This document shows positions 1-11,816 of a stretch of DNA of 64,000 nt, in pieces. A program made the position numbers and the translations under genes. Within the stretch, counting starts at the first letter, position 1, and every line of letters starts with the position of its first letter. Source of the stretch: Lama glama (Eukaryota). The notes under the pieces were generated by a model, which saw nothing but the letters and a program-made list of their open reading frames with translations, was not told the origin of the DNA and did no database searches. Location: positions 30,568,001-30,632,000 of the forward strand of contig CM052818.1 of assembly GCA_028534125.1 (NCBI GenBank), given 5' to 3'.

Positions 1-1588
1 TTGTTTATTTTGCTACTCAGTCTGGATGAGTTCCTTTTTTGTCTTGTTTTGTTTTCCAGATCATTGATTCATTTATCTACCTCATCTCATCTGCTGTTGA
101 GCCCTTCTAGTGTATTTCAGTTCAGTTGTAACTTCTGTTTAGTGTTCTCTATTTCTTTATTGAAATTTTCACTGTGCTCATCAGTTTTTCTTTTGAGTGC
201 AGTAAATATTTTTATGATTGTTACTTTGAACTTTTTATCACATAGATTGTTTATTTCCATTTCATTCAGATCTTTTTCTGAGGTTTTGGCTTATTCTTTT
301 TATTGGAACATATATCTCTGTATTCTCACTTTCCCCTATTCTTTGTGTTTGTTTCTATATATTAGGTATATTAATTTCTCTCTTAGTCTTAAAGGAGTGT
401 TCTTATTTAAGAGATGTATTGTGGGACTCAGAGGTGCAATCCAGAGCCAGGTGCTCAAGGAGTATACCCTACATGTACTGTTGTATTGGGGCTGCTGGTG
501 TGGTGCATTGGTGGGTGGGGCTGATCCCAACCCAAGATGGCTATGGGAATCTAGTCACAGCTGCTGTGGTATACTGGTGGGTGGAGCTCTCCCCTGGACC
601 AGCTGCAGAGTTCTGTTTTGGCTGCTGCATTATGTTGGTGGGTGGGGCTGGCCCCCAGACTGACTTCCCATGACTGCTGTGTGTGCTGGTGAGCCTGTCA
701 ATTGAAATACTGTAACATCCAGCCAAGGCACAGAAGTGGGCAGGGCTCTCACCAAGGTGCATGCACTTGTACCAACACATTTCAGGGAGAAATTCAAAAT
801 GGCACATGACTGTTCTATGGTTAGCAAGGTAGCCTGAGATAGCAAAAATGGTTTCCACCAGTGTCTTAGTGGTGGAAGGATCATTTCAGCTGGTTTCTAC
901 CTCTCCAGCTGATGCTTCAGGATTAGTAAGTGGGTGTTCTTCATCTATAGTCCATGTACTTAAAAAAATTTTGGCGGGGGAGACCAGGGAAGTAATTAGG
1001 TTTATTTATTTATTTTGTTTATAATGGTGATACTGGGGATTGTACCCAGGACTTCATGTGTGCTAAGCATGCATTTTACCACTGAGGTATACCCTCCTAC
1101 CATGTGCTTTTTAATCTGTTATTTTTGTGCTGGTTTTGGGGTTGAGTGAGTTTGCATATGAGCCCTTTAAGAGTGATATTTTACCATTTCCTAAAAGTTT
1201 TCTAATTTTCCTAGGTGTATTCCATCTTGGTTTTCAAAGCCAGGTGTTTTGGGGGCTTGTCTCTCCTATGCATGATCTAGATGTTTGGGTGCTTGATGTG
1301 GAGCTTGAATCCCTTGGTCCTCAAGGAAAATATCCATACCTGCGTGATCCCTTTTGATTATGAATCACCACAGCTGGGTAAGATCTTTCCTTGGTGAGAC
1401 CATCCCTCTGCCTCTCCTACCTGTCTCAGTTCTGTCCTTTTATATTTTGTTGTGGAGGTTCTGTTCATTCAGTTTTCAGGTCCCTTTCCAAGGGAATTAT
1501 TCCATGTGTAGTTGTAAGTTAGTTTTGTCCATGGGAGTCAGTGAGTTTATAATCTTCCTATGTTGCTATCTTGAGCCCTCCCCTCCAT
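1..1588 (-). mobile_element. LINE-1 5' UTR plus start of ORF1 (element runs off the left edge of the window)
   Basis: Minus strand begins GGAGGGGAGGGCTCAAGATAGCAACATAGGAAGA..., a typical laurasiatherian L1 start with a degenerate CAAGATGGC YY1 motif. Collinear with the copy at 61.5-62.6 kb, which encodes ORF1 fragments. Confidence 0.8.
962..1099 (-). mobile_element. Camelid tRNA-derived SINE (Vic-1-like) inserted in the L1 5' UTR
   Basis: Minus strand GGAGGGTATACCTCAGTGGTAAAATGCATGCTTAGCACACATGAAGTCCTGGGTACAATCCCCAGT...AAATAAATAAACCTAATTAC with A/B-box-like motifs; TSD CCATGTACTT (952-961) / CCATGTGCTT (1100-1109). Confidence 0.85.
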
Positions 1589-1689
1589 GATTCTTTTCTT
1601 GGAACTATCCAGTCTTAACAAGCCCATCAAAACAATTCTTCATTTCTATTTTCATATATTTTATTTCTAGCATTTCCATGTAACTATTG

Positions 1690-1827
1690 TTTTTTTTTAC
1701 ATTTTTTATTGAGTTATAGTCATTTTACAATGTTGTGTCAAATTCCAGTGTAGAGCACAATTTTTCAGTTATACATGAACAAACAGATATTCATTGTCAC
1801 ATTTTTTTTCACTGTGAGCTATCACAA
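1690..1827 (-). mobile_element. Young (camelid-type) L1 3' end fragment
   Basis: Poly-T then ACATTTTTTATTGAGTTATAGTCATTTTACAATGTTGTGTCAAATTCCAG...; closely similar to copies at 10300-10610 and 55373-55430. Confidence 0.8.
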
Positions 1828-4620
1828 TTCATTTAACTCTTTCCTGTAATTTCCAACTTTCTTCTGAACTTTCCCTATTCATGCATTTTGTTCACCTTTT
1901 CTACTACAGACTGTAATATATCAACTATAGTTGTTAAATTCCTTGCCTATTCCTTCAATATCTGAATCATCTCTGGGTCTGTTTCATTGATTGCTCTTTC
2001 TCTTGTGATGGGTTGTTTGTATATTGGTTTTTTATGTCTCATACTTTTGAATCAATGTTTGACATTATGTATAGAACAGTGGAAACTGAGGTAAATAGTA
2101 TTTTTGTCTGAAAATGAGACTGTATCATCCTGCTTGACTGTTGGTGTGTGTGGTGTTGAGTTCATCTAATCAGAAATTGAGATTTGGCTTTCTTTAGTAC
2201 ATCACTATTTTCAGCTTTCTCTGTATTATCCTGTTTTGAACAAGGTTAGAATGTAAGGAAATTTATTTCAATATTCCTGGTCCAATCTCAGCTTTTGGAC
2301 TTTCCCATATGACTGTATCACAGAGAGTATCTCTTTGTACACACTCTTGCCCTTTACCCGTTAGTAAACTGCTATTGCTTATTATTCAGTATTTGCTAGA
2401 TTGGTGTTGGCTGCAGTGTTGTTTTCTATTGTCCTGGTCCAGCATCAGTCTAGCTTAAATAAGTTTCACCAATACTGTTTTTAATTTGATTTTAAACTGG
2501 AAGTGGAATATCACACATTTAAGAACAGTGTTTCATTTAAAATTTGAGACTGTTACTTAATACTAATAAATCTCTTATGTGTCAAGCCTAGTTCTAAATG
2601 CTTTGCATACTTTAATTCATATAATTCTTAATGTGTTTCTGGGAGCCTACAGTCCTCTCAGTGCAGGTAAATTTACTGAAATTATATGCTTTTTTCAAGT
2701 GTAGACTTACCTTACATAAGAACTGTTCAGTTAAGGACCTTTGGGACACAACAGTTGAAAAATTATGTCACTTTTTGGACATTTTTTGATGTATATTTTT
2801 ACCATGAAACACATTAAGTAAATTTCATAAAGAAGTAATATTTCGACATTATGATTTTAGGCAAAGATTCATCAGTTTACTTGACAGACCAGTTTCTAAT
2901 CAGAAAATAGCACATAGAACAGAATTGAACTGCACAATGTGTTTGGATAAGCCCCAAACATTTTGCTTTATGTACATATGCTAAGTAAGTGGGGTGAAGA
3001 AGTAGCATGGTTATTTAGTCTGATGTATATGTGCATGATTCCATATGTTTAAAAATGTTCTAACATTTAGCTTTTATTTTGTTCCAATTATGTATTTCTT
3101 TTTATTGTTAAGTGCATTATGAATGTAAGATAGCCACAGTCCACCAAATGTTGAAATATTCATAAACAAAATGGTGCAGAAAGAAAACTGTGCCTTCTGA
3201 AGAATTTGTTCCTTGGAGCCCTCCTACACCACTGCCACCTATTATCAGTTTTTCTTTCTTTTCTTTAGTGAGTACAATAAACCTCCTTTAAATTACATTT
3301 TAAATATAAATTTTATTCATTAAAATTGCTATAAATTATATATATGAAATTATTTCAGTATTACTTGACACTTTTTTGTGAAATTGATTGGGTATTTTGT
3401 TTTGAAATTCATATTGTTTTCCTTTTCATTAAAATTAGTGGAATGTTTGCTCATTTAACTTCTTTTCACTTAGCAGGTTTTTGAGAAATGAATTACAGTT
3501 GTTAGGTGACAGATGTTCTGATATTTTTGTTTGTAACAATTTAGCTATTATATAACAATAATCATGGGAACTAAAAAGTGAACTCTTTCCCCAACCTGCA
3601 AATACATTTAAAAGTTAGAACTCCACCTGGAAAAAAACTGGCGGTTATAATTCATATATGTCTGTTGGTCAAGTGTAAAACTGCAAAGTGTTTATTAAAA
3701 TAGATACTTAAAACCAGTTATCTGATCTGTTAGTTTTGGTTGCCAGTGTTCAGTACTGTTTGTTGGTAGTCAGCATCCAAATCTTTCCCTCTTATAACCT
3801 CCTTGTAGTCCTGGGACTACCCTGAGTAACACTCCCTTGCAGTTAGTGTTCTGGACATGATTTAGGTCCTGCCAGTGAGAGGCACTCCCATGATGCTTAG
3901 AATGTGAAAGGGAGATAGAGGCCGCCCTACCTGTCCTGGTGATGGGTGTGGGACGGTTCTGCAAAAATGAGCCTTCACAGCTGCGAGAACCTCCTTTCCA
4001 CAGTATGTTCACCAGCTCCACGGGACACTTTAAGATACTGACAGCAGTTTCTAGACCTCTACATCTCAATTGCAGTGGTATGACTGTGAAGGTGATTTTG
4101 AAGCCCAGCAGCAGTGTCTTGACCTTAACTATTCCAGCCCCTTCCAATGATTTTGTAATTCCCTGCATAATAGACCTTTCTTCTTGAAATAGTTTGAGTA
4201 TTTGCAATTTTTGCACTGTACTGTGACTAACTTCCACCCCTGCATGTGCATGCACATACACACACCCCATGTGAATTTTAGGTCTTGTGGGATTGTCAGT
4301 GAAAGCTTCCTGGCTATAGGATGGGCATATAATGAGCCTCATTAAGGGAACATGATGTACCTTTGGACAGTGCTTCTTCCGGGAGTGTGACCCAATCAGG
4401 GGTAGAGTTCTTTTAGGAGAATGATCTCTTCATGGAGGAATCTACTTCTTAGATTGCAAGAACTAAGGTCTGTTTAAATCTGGAGCTGCTAGAATGCTCT
4501 CTCTGAGAACAAAGAAGAAGACAGTAGGATTAATAGATGATGAGTAGGAGAATAATGATAATTGCTGAACCCCTAGATCCAGCCTTGCCTTGAAGCCACC
4601 ATAGTGTTTCCCACTATGAA

Positions 4621-4682
4621 TGCATATGTACATGTGTAATTGTATATATGTATGCATATATACATGTGTAATTATATATATA
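4621..4682. repeat. Alternating purine-pyrimidine tract formed by a ~32-bp tandem duplication
   Basis: TGCATATGTACATGTGTAATTGTATATATG followed by TGCATATATACATGTGTAATTATATATATA. Confidence 0.7.
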
Positions 4683-6489
4683 TTCTTAATCTAGTTTCAG
4701 GTAGGTTTCTGTGACTTCTATCTTTAAAACTACTGCCCATTGTAGTATTAACATACCCATTTTACTGACATAGAAAATCAGTCTCAGAAAGGTTCTCAGA
4801 TGCTTATGGTAATAAAACTATTAATAGTAAGGGAAAGAGCCAATGTCTGACTGCAAGCCTATTATCTTAATAGTTACGCTATGCTGCTCTTAAGGATTTC
4901 ACATTCTAATAGAGGAAGTGATCACATGAACAGAAACTTGAGACAGTTACGGCAAGTGATACAGTACAGATGTATAGAAAGTACTATGAACATGTGGAAC
5001 AGGGAAAAGTTAATTCTTTCCCGGAAAGCTTCAAAGGAGAGGTAAATTTGAGCTGAGTTTTGGAGAATGAATTTCCAAGCAGATGAGATGAGTTTTGGTG
5101 TTATATGAATAAGAGCCCCTGAATCTAAAAATTTTGATATTTGTATCATTTGTCTATTGGTGGAGCCCACTTTTTAATAAATCCCTCTCTCATAAAAATC
5201 CAATAGCAACAATAACAGCCCCCCCATATCAGTTTCATTGATAAAGTTACTTTGGAGAACACAACTTTGACCTGTAGTCCCTATTATGCTTCCTAATACT
5301 TTTCTCTTGAATTGAATTGGCTTACCCACACTGAGATGGAGGAGCTCAAATAACTCAGGGCTTCTCCTCTTTCAACTACAGTGCCAGAGCTTGTTTCTAT
5401 AAGCAACATTTAGAAGAGAGAAGACTGCTTGCATCACAGGGAGGGCTGTTCTGACAGCAAGAGAAGGGAGACTGCTGCATATGCATTTATCCTTCTCCAA
5501 ATCCGCCCATCAGATATATTATCCCCCACGTCGGCCACTTTATGCACCTCCTCTGTAGGGAGAATGAGTGAAGGGAGAGGAAAGAAGCTCTCTTCCTCAA
5601 AGGTCCTATTTTATGGATTGAAATAAAAATTTAGGGAGAGAAAAAATTGTTTTTCCTAGCCTGGAGTATTCAAAAATGGAAATTAATGAATGGCACGGGT
5701 AATGTTTCTAAAGATTGGTGAGAAAGGAAGTAGCAGGGAAGACCCGGGGAGAACAAAGTTGAATCCATGCTACAGTTCTCTGTCCAGGAAGTGTCTATAC
5801 AGTATGTCTATGGGCCAGAAATAATTCTAAATTTGGAGGTTTGAAAGGTGAATAAGATGTGGTTTTGAGGCAAACTCATGAACAGTTGCTTTCAATATAA
5901 TAATACACTGTTATTTAGGCACCTTTGGATACATACAACAGAAACTAACTCTAGAACTTTCATTGGTGAAGCTACTAACATGAATAATAACAGATTACTT
6001 TTTTTAGGAATTTCTAATTTGATTAAAAAAGAGACAGTTGTTATTATTGTAAGGGACTTGGGCACTGAAAAAAGAAAACTGATTTCCTGCTAAATTCAGA
6101 AGAAAAAAATTTAAAACTCAGATTTTATAACGATTCTCCTTTGAGGGACCTAATTTTGCTTGACAGTATGTTTTTTATTTCTCTAACTTACCAGTATTCT
6201 TAGTAAATTCTGCCCCTCTATTTATAATTTATACACTGCTGCTTTATCACAGCTTGCTTTTGTGGTTTGCACAAGGGTTGATAAAATCTATCTATGTATC
6301 TATGAATCTATGTATCAATCATCTATCCATTCATTCATCCATCAGCAAATAAATTGGTATAACTTACCTTTTACCAAAGAGAATAGAATAATCAGATTAT
6401 AATATTTCCTTAATTAAATAGAGCAAGCTTATAATAACAGTATTATTTATATATATATTAAGTACAAGACACTCAACTGTGTCTAAACT

Positions 6490-6587
6490 AGAGATTCTCA
6501 CTGGTGGCAATTTTGCCTCCCCAGGGAACATTTGGCAATGACTGGGTATGTTTTTGGTTGTCACAACTGGATGTGTGTATGCTACTG
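6490..6587 (+). mobile_element. MER20 (hAT-Charlie) 5' half
   Basis: TTTTGCCTCCCCAGGGAACATTTGGCAATG...TTTTTGGTTGTCACAACTGG...GCTACTG matches the recalled MER20 consensus. Confidence 0.75.
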
Positions 6588-6599
6588 ATATATATTACC

Positions 6600-7605
6600 T
6601 AATATTTTGTGTTTGACTTAATTAGCATAATGTTTTGGAGAGTCATCCATGTTATTGCATGTATTTCTTTTCCTTTCTATTGCTGAGTAATGGTCCATGG
6701 TATAATTATACTACTTTTTTTTTTTTGCACATTCATCTGTTGGTGAACATTTGGATTGCTTCCAGTTTTGGGCCTTTATGAATAATGTTGCTTTGAACTT
6801 TCAGATACATGTTTTGTATGGACATAAGTTTCCTTTCTTCTTGGGTAAATACTTAAGTGAGAGGAATTACTGGGACAGATGGTAAATGTGTATTTAACGC
6901 TATAAGGTACAGTGTACTGTTTTCCAAAGTGGCTGTACCATTTTACATCTCAGTGTATGAGATTTCAAGTTGTTACACATCCTTGTCAACACTGAAAATT
7001 TTCACTCTTACATTTTTAACACTTTTGTGGGTATGTAGTATTACCATATTGTGCTTTAACTTATATTTTTCTGATGGCCAGTGTGGTGAACATATTTTCA
7101 TGTGCTTATTCGTTATTTGCAGATCTTCTTTGTGAAATGTCTATTAAAATATTTTGCCCATGTTAATTGGGTTTTATGTCATTTAATTATTGAATTGTGA
7201 AACTTATTTACATATTCTGGATACAATTCCTTTATTGAATATATGTGTGGCAAAAATGTTTTCCAAATATATGGCTTACCATTTAGTCTCTCTGTGTCTT
7301 TGGAAAAAGCAAAGTTTTTAATCTTTATGAAGTTGATATTTATTATTTTTCTTTTATACTTTGTTCTTTGGAGTGTCTTAAGAAATCTGTACCTAACCCA
7401 ATGTCACAAAGATTCTATGCAGTGTTTTCTTCTGGAATTTAAAAGTTTTAATTCATACATTAAGATCTATGACCTATTTTAAGTTGATTTTGTATATGAT
7501 GTAAAGGAAGAATTGAAGTACATTTTTTCCAAAGAGAAATCCAGTTGTTTCAGCACCATTTTTTACCTCCATTGGATAGCATTGGTAACTTTTGTTGAAA
7601 ATCAA
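6600..7605 (-). mobile_element. Old L1M 3' region (ORF2 end and 3' UTR)
   Basis: Antisense L1 motifs such as TTCCAAAGTGGCTGTACCATTTTACAT and CATATTTTCATGTGCTTATT. Confidence 0.8.
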
Positions 7606-8960
7606 ACTATACTACAAATCTGCAGTAATTCAAACAGTATGTTACTGGCATTAAAATAGACAAGTAGACCAATGGAACTGAAGAAAGAGCCCAGAAATAA
7701 TACCCTGCATATACAATCAACTAATATTTGCCAAGGGAGCCAGAGCACTCAATGAGGAAAGGATAGTCTCTTTAATAAATGGTGTTGGAAAAAACTGGAT
7801 ATTCAGAAAAATAAAATTGAACCCCTATCTTATACTACTCACAAAAATTAACTTGCAGTGGATTGAAGACTTTAACATAAAGCCTGATACCATAAAATTC
7901 CTAAAAGAAAACATGGGGAAGAAGCTTCTTGACATCAGTCTTGGCAGTTATTATTATTATTTTTTGACATGTCACCAAAAGCACAAGCAACAAAAGCAAA
8001 TATAAACAAGTTGGATTACATCAGACAGAAAAGCTTCCACACAGCAAAAGAAATAATCAACAAAATGAAGGCAACATATGGAACAGAGAAAATATTTGCA
8101 AACCATATATATATTAGATAAGAGGTTAATATCCAAAATATATAAAGAACTCATACAACTTAACAACAACAACAAAAACAAAAAACCCAGTTAAAGAATG
8201 GGCAGAGGAACTGAGCAGACATTTTTCTAAAGAAGAAATTCAAATGGCTAATAGGTACATGAAAAGATGCTCAACATCACTAATTATCAGAGAAATGGAA
8301 ATCAAAACCACAATGAGATACTACCTCACAACTGTTAGAATGGCTGTCATCAAGAAGAGAAGAGGTAATAAGTGTTGGCAAAGATGTAGAGATAAGGGAA
8401 CCCCTTTACACTGTTGATGGGAATGTAAATTAGTTCAGTCACCATGGAAAACAGTATGGAGGTTCCACAAAAAATTAAAAGTAGAACTACCATGAGATCC
8501 AGCAATCCCACTTTTGGGTATATATATCCAAAGAATGTGAAAACTGGGTATCCAAAAGATGTCTGCACTCTTATGTTGACTGCAGCATTACTTCACAATA
8601 GCCAAGATAGGAAAACAACCTAAGCATCCATCAATGAATGAATGGTTAAGAAGATGTGGTATACATATACAATGGGATATCATCCTGCCGCAAGAAAAAA
8701 GAAAGTGCTACCAACTGCGACAACATGGATGGACCCTGAGAATATTAAGCTGAGTAAGATAACCCACATAGAGAAAGAAAAATATTTTATGATATTACTT
8801 ATATGTGAAATGTAATAAGCTGAATTCATAGAAAAGGAGAGTAGAATAGTGGTTACCAGGGGCTGGGGTGTGGGGGAATTGTGTAGATAGTGTTAGAGGG
8901 TACAAATGTGCTATTAGTAGATAACTAAGTTCTGGAAATCTAATGCACAGCATAGTGACT
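7606..8960 (+). mobile_element. L1 (L1MA-like) ORF2 3' end and 3' UTR
   Basis: Sense L1 motifs: ACATGAAAAGATGCTCAACATCAC, AAACCACAATGAGATAC, GATCCAGCAATCCCAC, ACATGGATGGACCCTGAG. Confidence 0.85.
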
Positions 8961-9572
8961 TATCTTTTCTCTTTCTTGATGGTATTACTTACAGAGAAGT
9001 TTTTAGTCTTAATGAAGTCAATTTATCTATTTTTCTTTCATCACTTGTGCTTTGTGTCATATCTAAGAAACCATTCCCTAATTTAAGATCATGAAGATTT
9101 ACACTTCTTGAGGTTTGTAGTTTTAACTCTCATATTTATGTGTTTGATCAATTTTGAGTTAATTTTTGTGTATGTTGTGAAGTAAAGGTCCAGTTTCATT
9201 CTTTTGCATGTGGATATCCATTTGTACCAAGACTAGTTGAACAGGCTACTCTTTCCCTGTTGAATGATCTTGGTGCTCTTCTTGAAAATCAACTGACCAT
9301 ATGTGTATGAATTTATATTTGGACTCTCAATTCTATTCCATTGATCTATATGTTATTCTTATGCTAGTTCTACACTGTCTTGATTGTTGTTTCTTTGCAG
9401 TATCATTTCTTTGAAATTGAGAAATACCAGTCCTTCAATTTCTTTTTCTTTATTTTAGAGATTGTTTTGTCTCTTCTGGATGCCTTGCATTTCCATGAAT
9501 TTTAGGCTTAACTTTTCCATTTCTGAAAAGCCAATTAAGATTTTGAGTTGAATACACAGATCATTTTGAAGG

Positions 9573-9981
9573 TGTCTTATTCTGCTCTGGCTGCCATAAC
9601 AAAATACCATTGATTTGGTGTCTTAAACAATAGGAATTTATTTTCACAATTATGGAGACAAGCTAAAGATCAAGGTACTAGCAGGATTGGTATCTGGCAA
9701 GAAATCTCTCCTTGGGTTGTAGATGGCTGCCTTCTCACAGTGTCTGAACGTGGTGGGGCTTGGGGGGTCAGTGGGGAGAGGGAGAGGGAGAGGAGAGAGA
9801 CAGAGGGAGGAAGAGAGATTGAGAGATCTTCCTCCTTTCAAAAGGCCACAGTTCCATACCTGATTAGACATGACTTCATTTAACCTTACTACCTTCTAAA
9901 GACCCTAGCTTCAGATATAGTCACACTGGGGTTCGAGTTTCAACATGTGAATTTTGTGGGAACACAATTCAATCTATAGCA
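9573..9981 (-). mobile_element. MaLR LTR (MLT1A-like)
   Basis: TGTCTTATTCTGCTCTGGCTGCCATAACAAAATACC ... CAACATGTGAATTTTGTGGGAACACAATTCAATCTATAGCA. Confidence 0.8.
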
Positions 9982-10299
9982 GGGAACATAACATCTAAAT
10001 AATATTAAGTCTTCCAATCCATGAATATGGGATATCTTTCCATTTATTTAAAAATTCTTTAATTTCTTTCAACATTGTTCATAGTTTTCAGTGTACAAGC
10101 CTTGTTCTTCATTTGTTAAATTTTTCCCTAGTATTTTGCTCTTTTTGATTACAACTGGATTGTTTTTGTAATTTCATTTCAGATTTTCATGCTAGTTTAT
10201 TGAAATAAAAGTGACTTTCGTATACTGATCACATATCCTGCAACCTTACTGAACTCACTTATTTGTTCTAATAGTTTTAGAAGATTCCTTAGCATTTTT

Positions 10300-10610
10300 T
10301 TAACATTTTTTATTGATTTATAATAATTTTACAATGTTGTGTCAAGTTCCAGTAGAGCTGAATTTTTCAGTTATACATGAACATATATATATTCATTGTC
10401 ACATTTTTTCTCTGTGAGCTAACATACGATTTTGTATATATTTCCCTGTGCTATACAGTATAATCCTGTTTATCTATTCTACAATTTAAAATCCGAGTCT
10501 ATCCCTTCCCACCCCCTGCCCCCTTGGCAACTACAAGTTTGTATTCTATGTCTGTGAGTCTGTTTCTGTTTTGTATTTATGTTTTGTTTGTTTGTTTTTG
10601 TTTTTTTAAA
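10300..10610 (-). mobile_element. Young camelid-type L1 3' end (~310 bp) with target-site duplication
   Basis: TSD ATTCCTTAGCATTTTT (10284-10299) / ATTCCTTATCATTTTT (10611-10626); internal CCCTTCCCACCCCCTGCCCCCTTGGCAACTACAAGTTTGTATTCTATGTC. Confidence 0.85.
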
Positions 10611-11192
10611 ATTCCTTATCATTTTTATATATAAGATCATGTCCTTTGTGAATATAGTTTTACTTCTTTCTTTCCAAGCTGTTCTTACCATTTAACTGTT
10701 TTGTGTTTTGTTCTTGTTATTCCTTTCTGCCCCCTTCCTCTTGGATTATTTGTTTTTTTTAGATTTTATTTTAATTCTCCTGTTGAATTTATAGTTTTTT
10801 TAAAATTGAGGTGTAATTGAAATACTGTATTATTTTCAGGTGTACAACATAGTGATTTGATACTTGTATATACTGTGAAATGATGACAACAGTAACATCC
10901 ATCCCTATACATAGTAGTTATTACATTTTGTATAGGGTTGCCCTATAGACCATAATTACATTTATAACTTTCACAGTGTGGTTATCCTTCTATAACTATA
11001 TAGTCATATAGTTGTACGACTATGTGGTTATATAGTTCTGTAACTCTAGTTATAATGTTTCACTTAAAAGATAGAAATTTTGTAACCTTATAAACTCATT
11101 TCTCTTAATCCTTTATAATTGTCATACATGATACATCATTATATTAAAACTTCATAAAACAGTGTTGTTATATTCTTAGTTTATACTAAGTT

Positions 11193-11816
11193 GATGACTC
11201 AGGATGAGGGCTAGCTATGTCAGAATGACCAGCCATGTGATTAGAGGGTTATGTTTTTGAGCCATGTGATATTAACTTGACCTCTGGGAAGCAGAGGGGA
11301 GCCAGATACTGAGTTCAGTCACATGGCCAATGATTCAATCAATTGCACTTACATAATGAAACCTTTAAAAAAATATGGGCTCTGAAGCTTGGATGAGCTT
11401 TTCTGGTAGGCAAGACACTGCATATTGTCACACACTGATGTGCTGAGAAGGTGGTAGATCCTGATTTCATGGGGAGAGGACAAGAAAACTTCATATTTGG
11501 GACCCTCCCCGCCTTGACCCAATCTTACTCATGTCTTCTTTTGGCTGGTTCTGATTTATATCTTTTTTTTTTAAATATGGTAAAGCTGTCATCATAAATA
11601 TAGTGCTTTCCTGAGTTCTGTGAGTTGTTCTACTGAATTATTAAACCTGAAGAGTTAGTGGGAACCCCCAGATTTGTAGTGAGCTGTTCAGAAGTGTGTG
11701 TGCTTGGAGATCCCTGAAATTGTGTCTGAAGTGAGGGCAGTCTTTTGGAGGATTGTGTCGTAAACCTGTGAAGTTTGGCTCAACTTGAGTAGTTGGTGTT
11801 AGAAGTCAGTGCAACA
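11193..11816 (+). mobile_element. MER21C-like solo LTR fragment about 2 kb upstream of SRD5A2
   Basis: CCATGTGATTAGAGGGTT, CACATGGCCAATGATTCAATCAAT, TTTCCTGAGTTCTGTGAGT and GAAGTGAGGGCAGTCTT match the recalled MER21 consensus. Confidence 0.75.

Larger units (their letters stand above)
8961..10690 (-). mobile_element. Old L1 ORF2 fragment interrupted by an MLT1 LTR and a young L1 tail
   Basis: Antisense ORF2 motifs (TTCATTCTTTTGCATGTGGATATCC, CTTCCAATCCATGAATATGGGATATC) continue across both inserts. Confidence 0.75.

Noticed and set aside
1..663. 220-aa hydrophobic + strand ORF
   Set aside because: Antisense reading of L1 ORF1/5' UTR, starting at a TTG on the window edge; the Leu/Phe/Ser richness just reflects the T-rich strand.
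2460..3760. AT-rich unexplained stretch, possibly an ancient DNA transposon or a 3' UTR
   Set aside because: I could not identify TIRs, a poly(A) tail or a confident family match; a Dfam search is needed.
3770..4342. 190-aa minus-strand ORF
   Set aside because: No recognisable domain or splice context; overlaps what looks like decayed ERVL/MaLR LTR sequence that I could not classify confidently.
6600..8960. Adjacent opposite-orientation L1 segments suggesting an inversion or hairpin
   Set aside because: Both extend toward L1 3' ends and overlap in L1 coordinates, so they are two independent diverged insertions, not twin priming.
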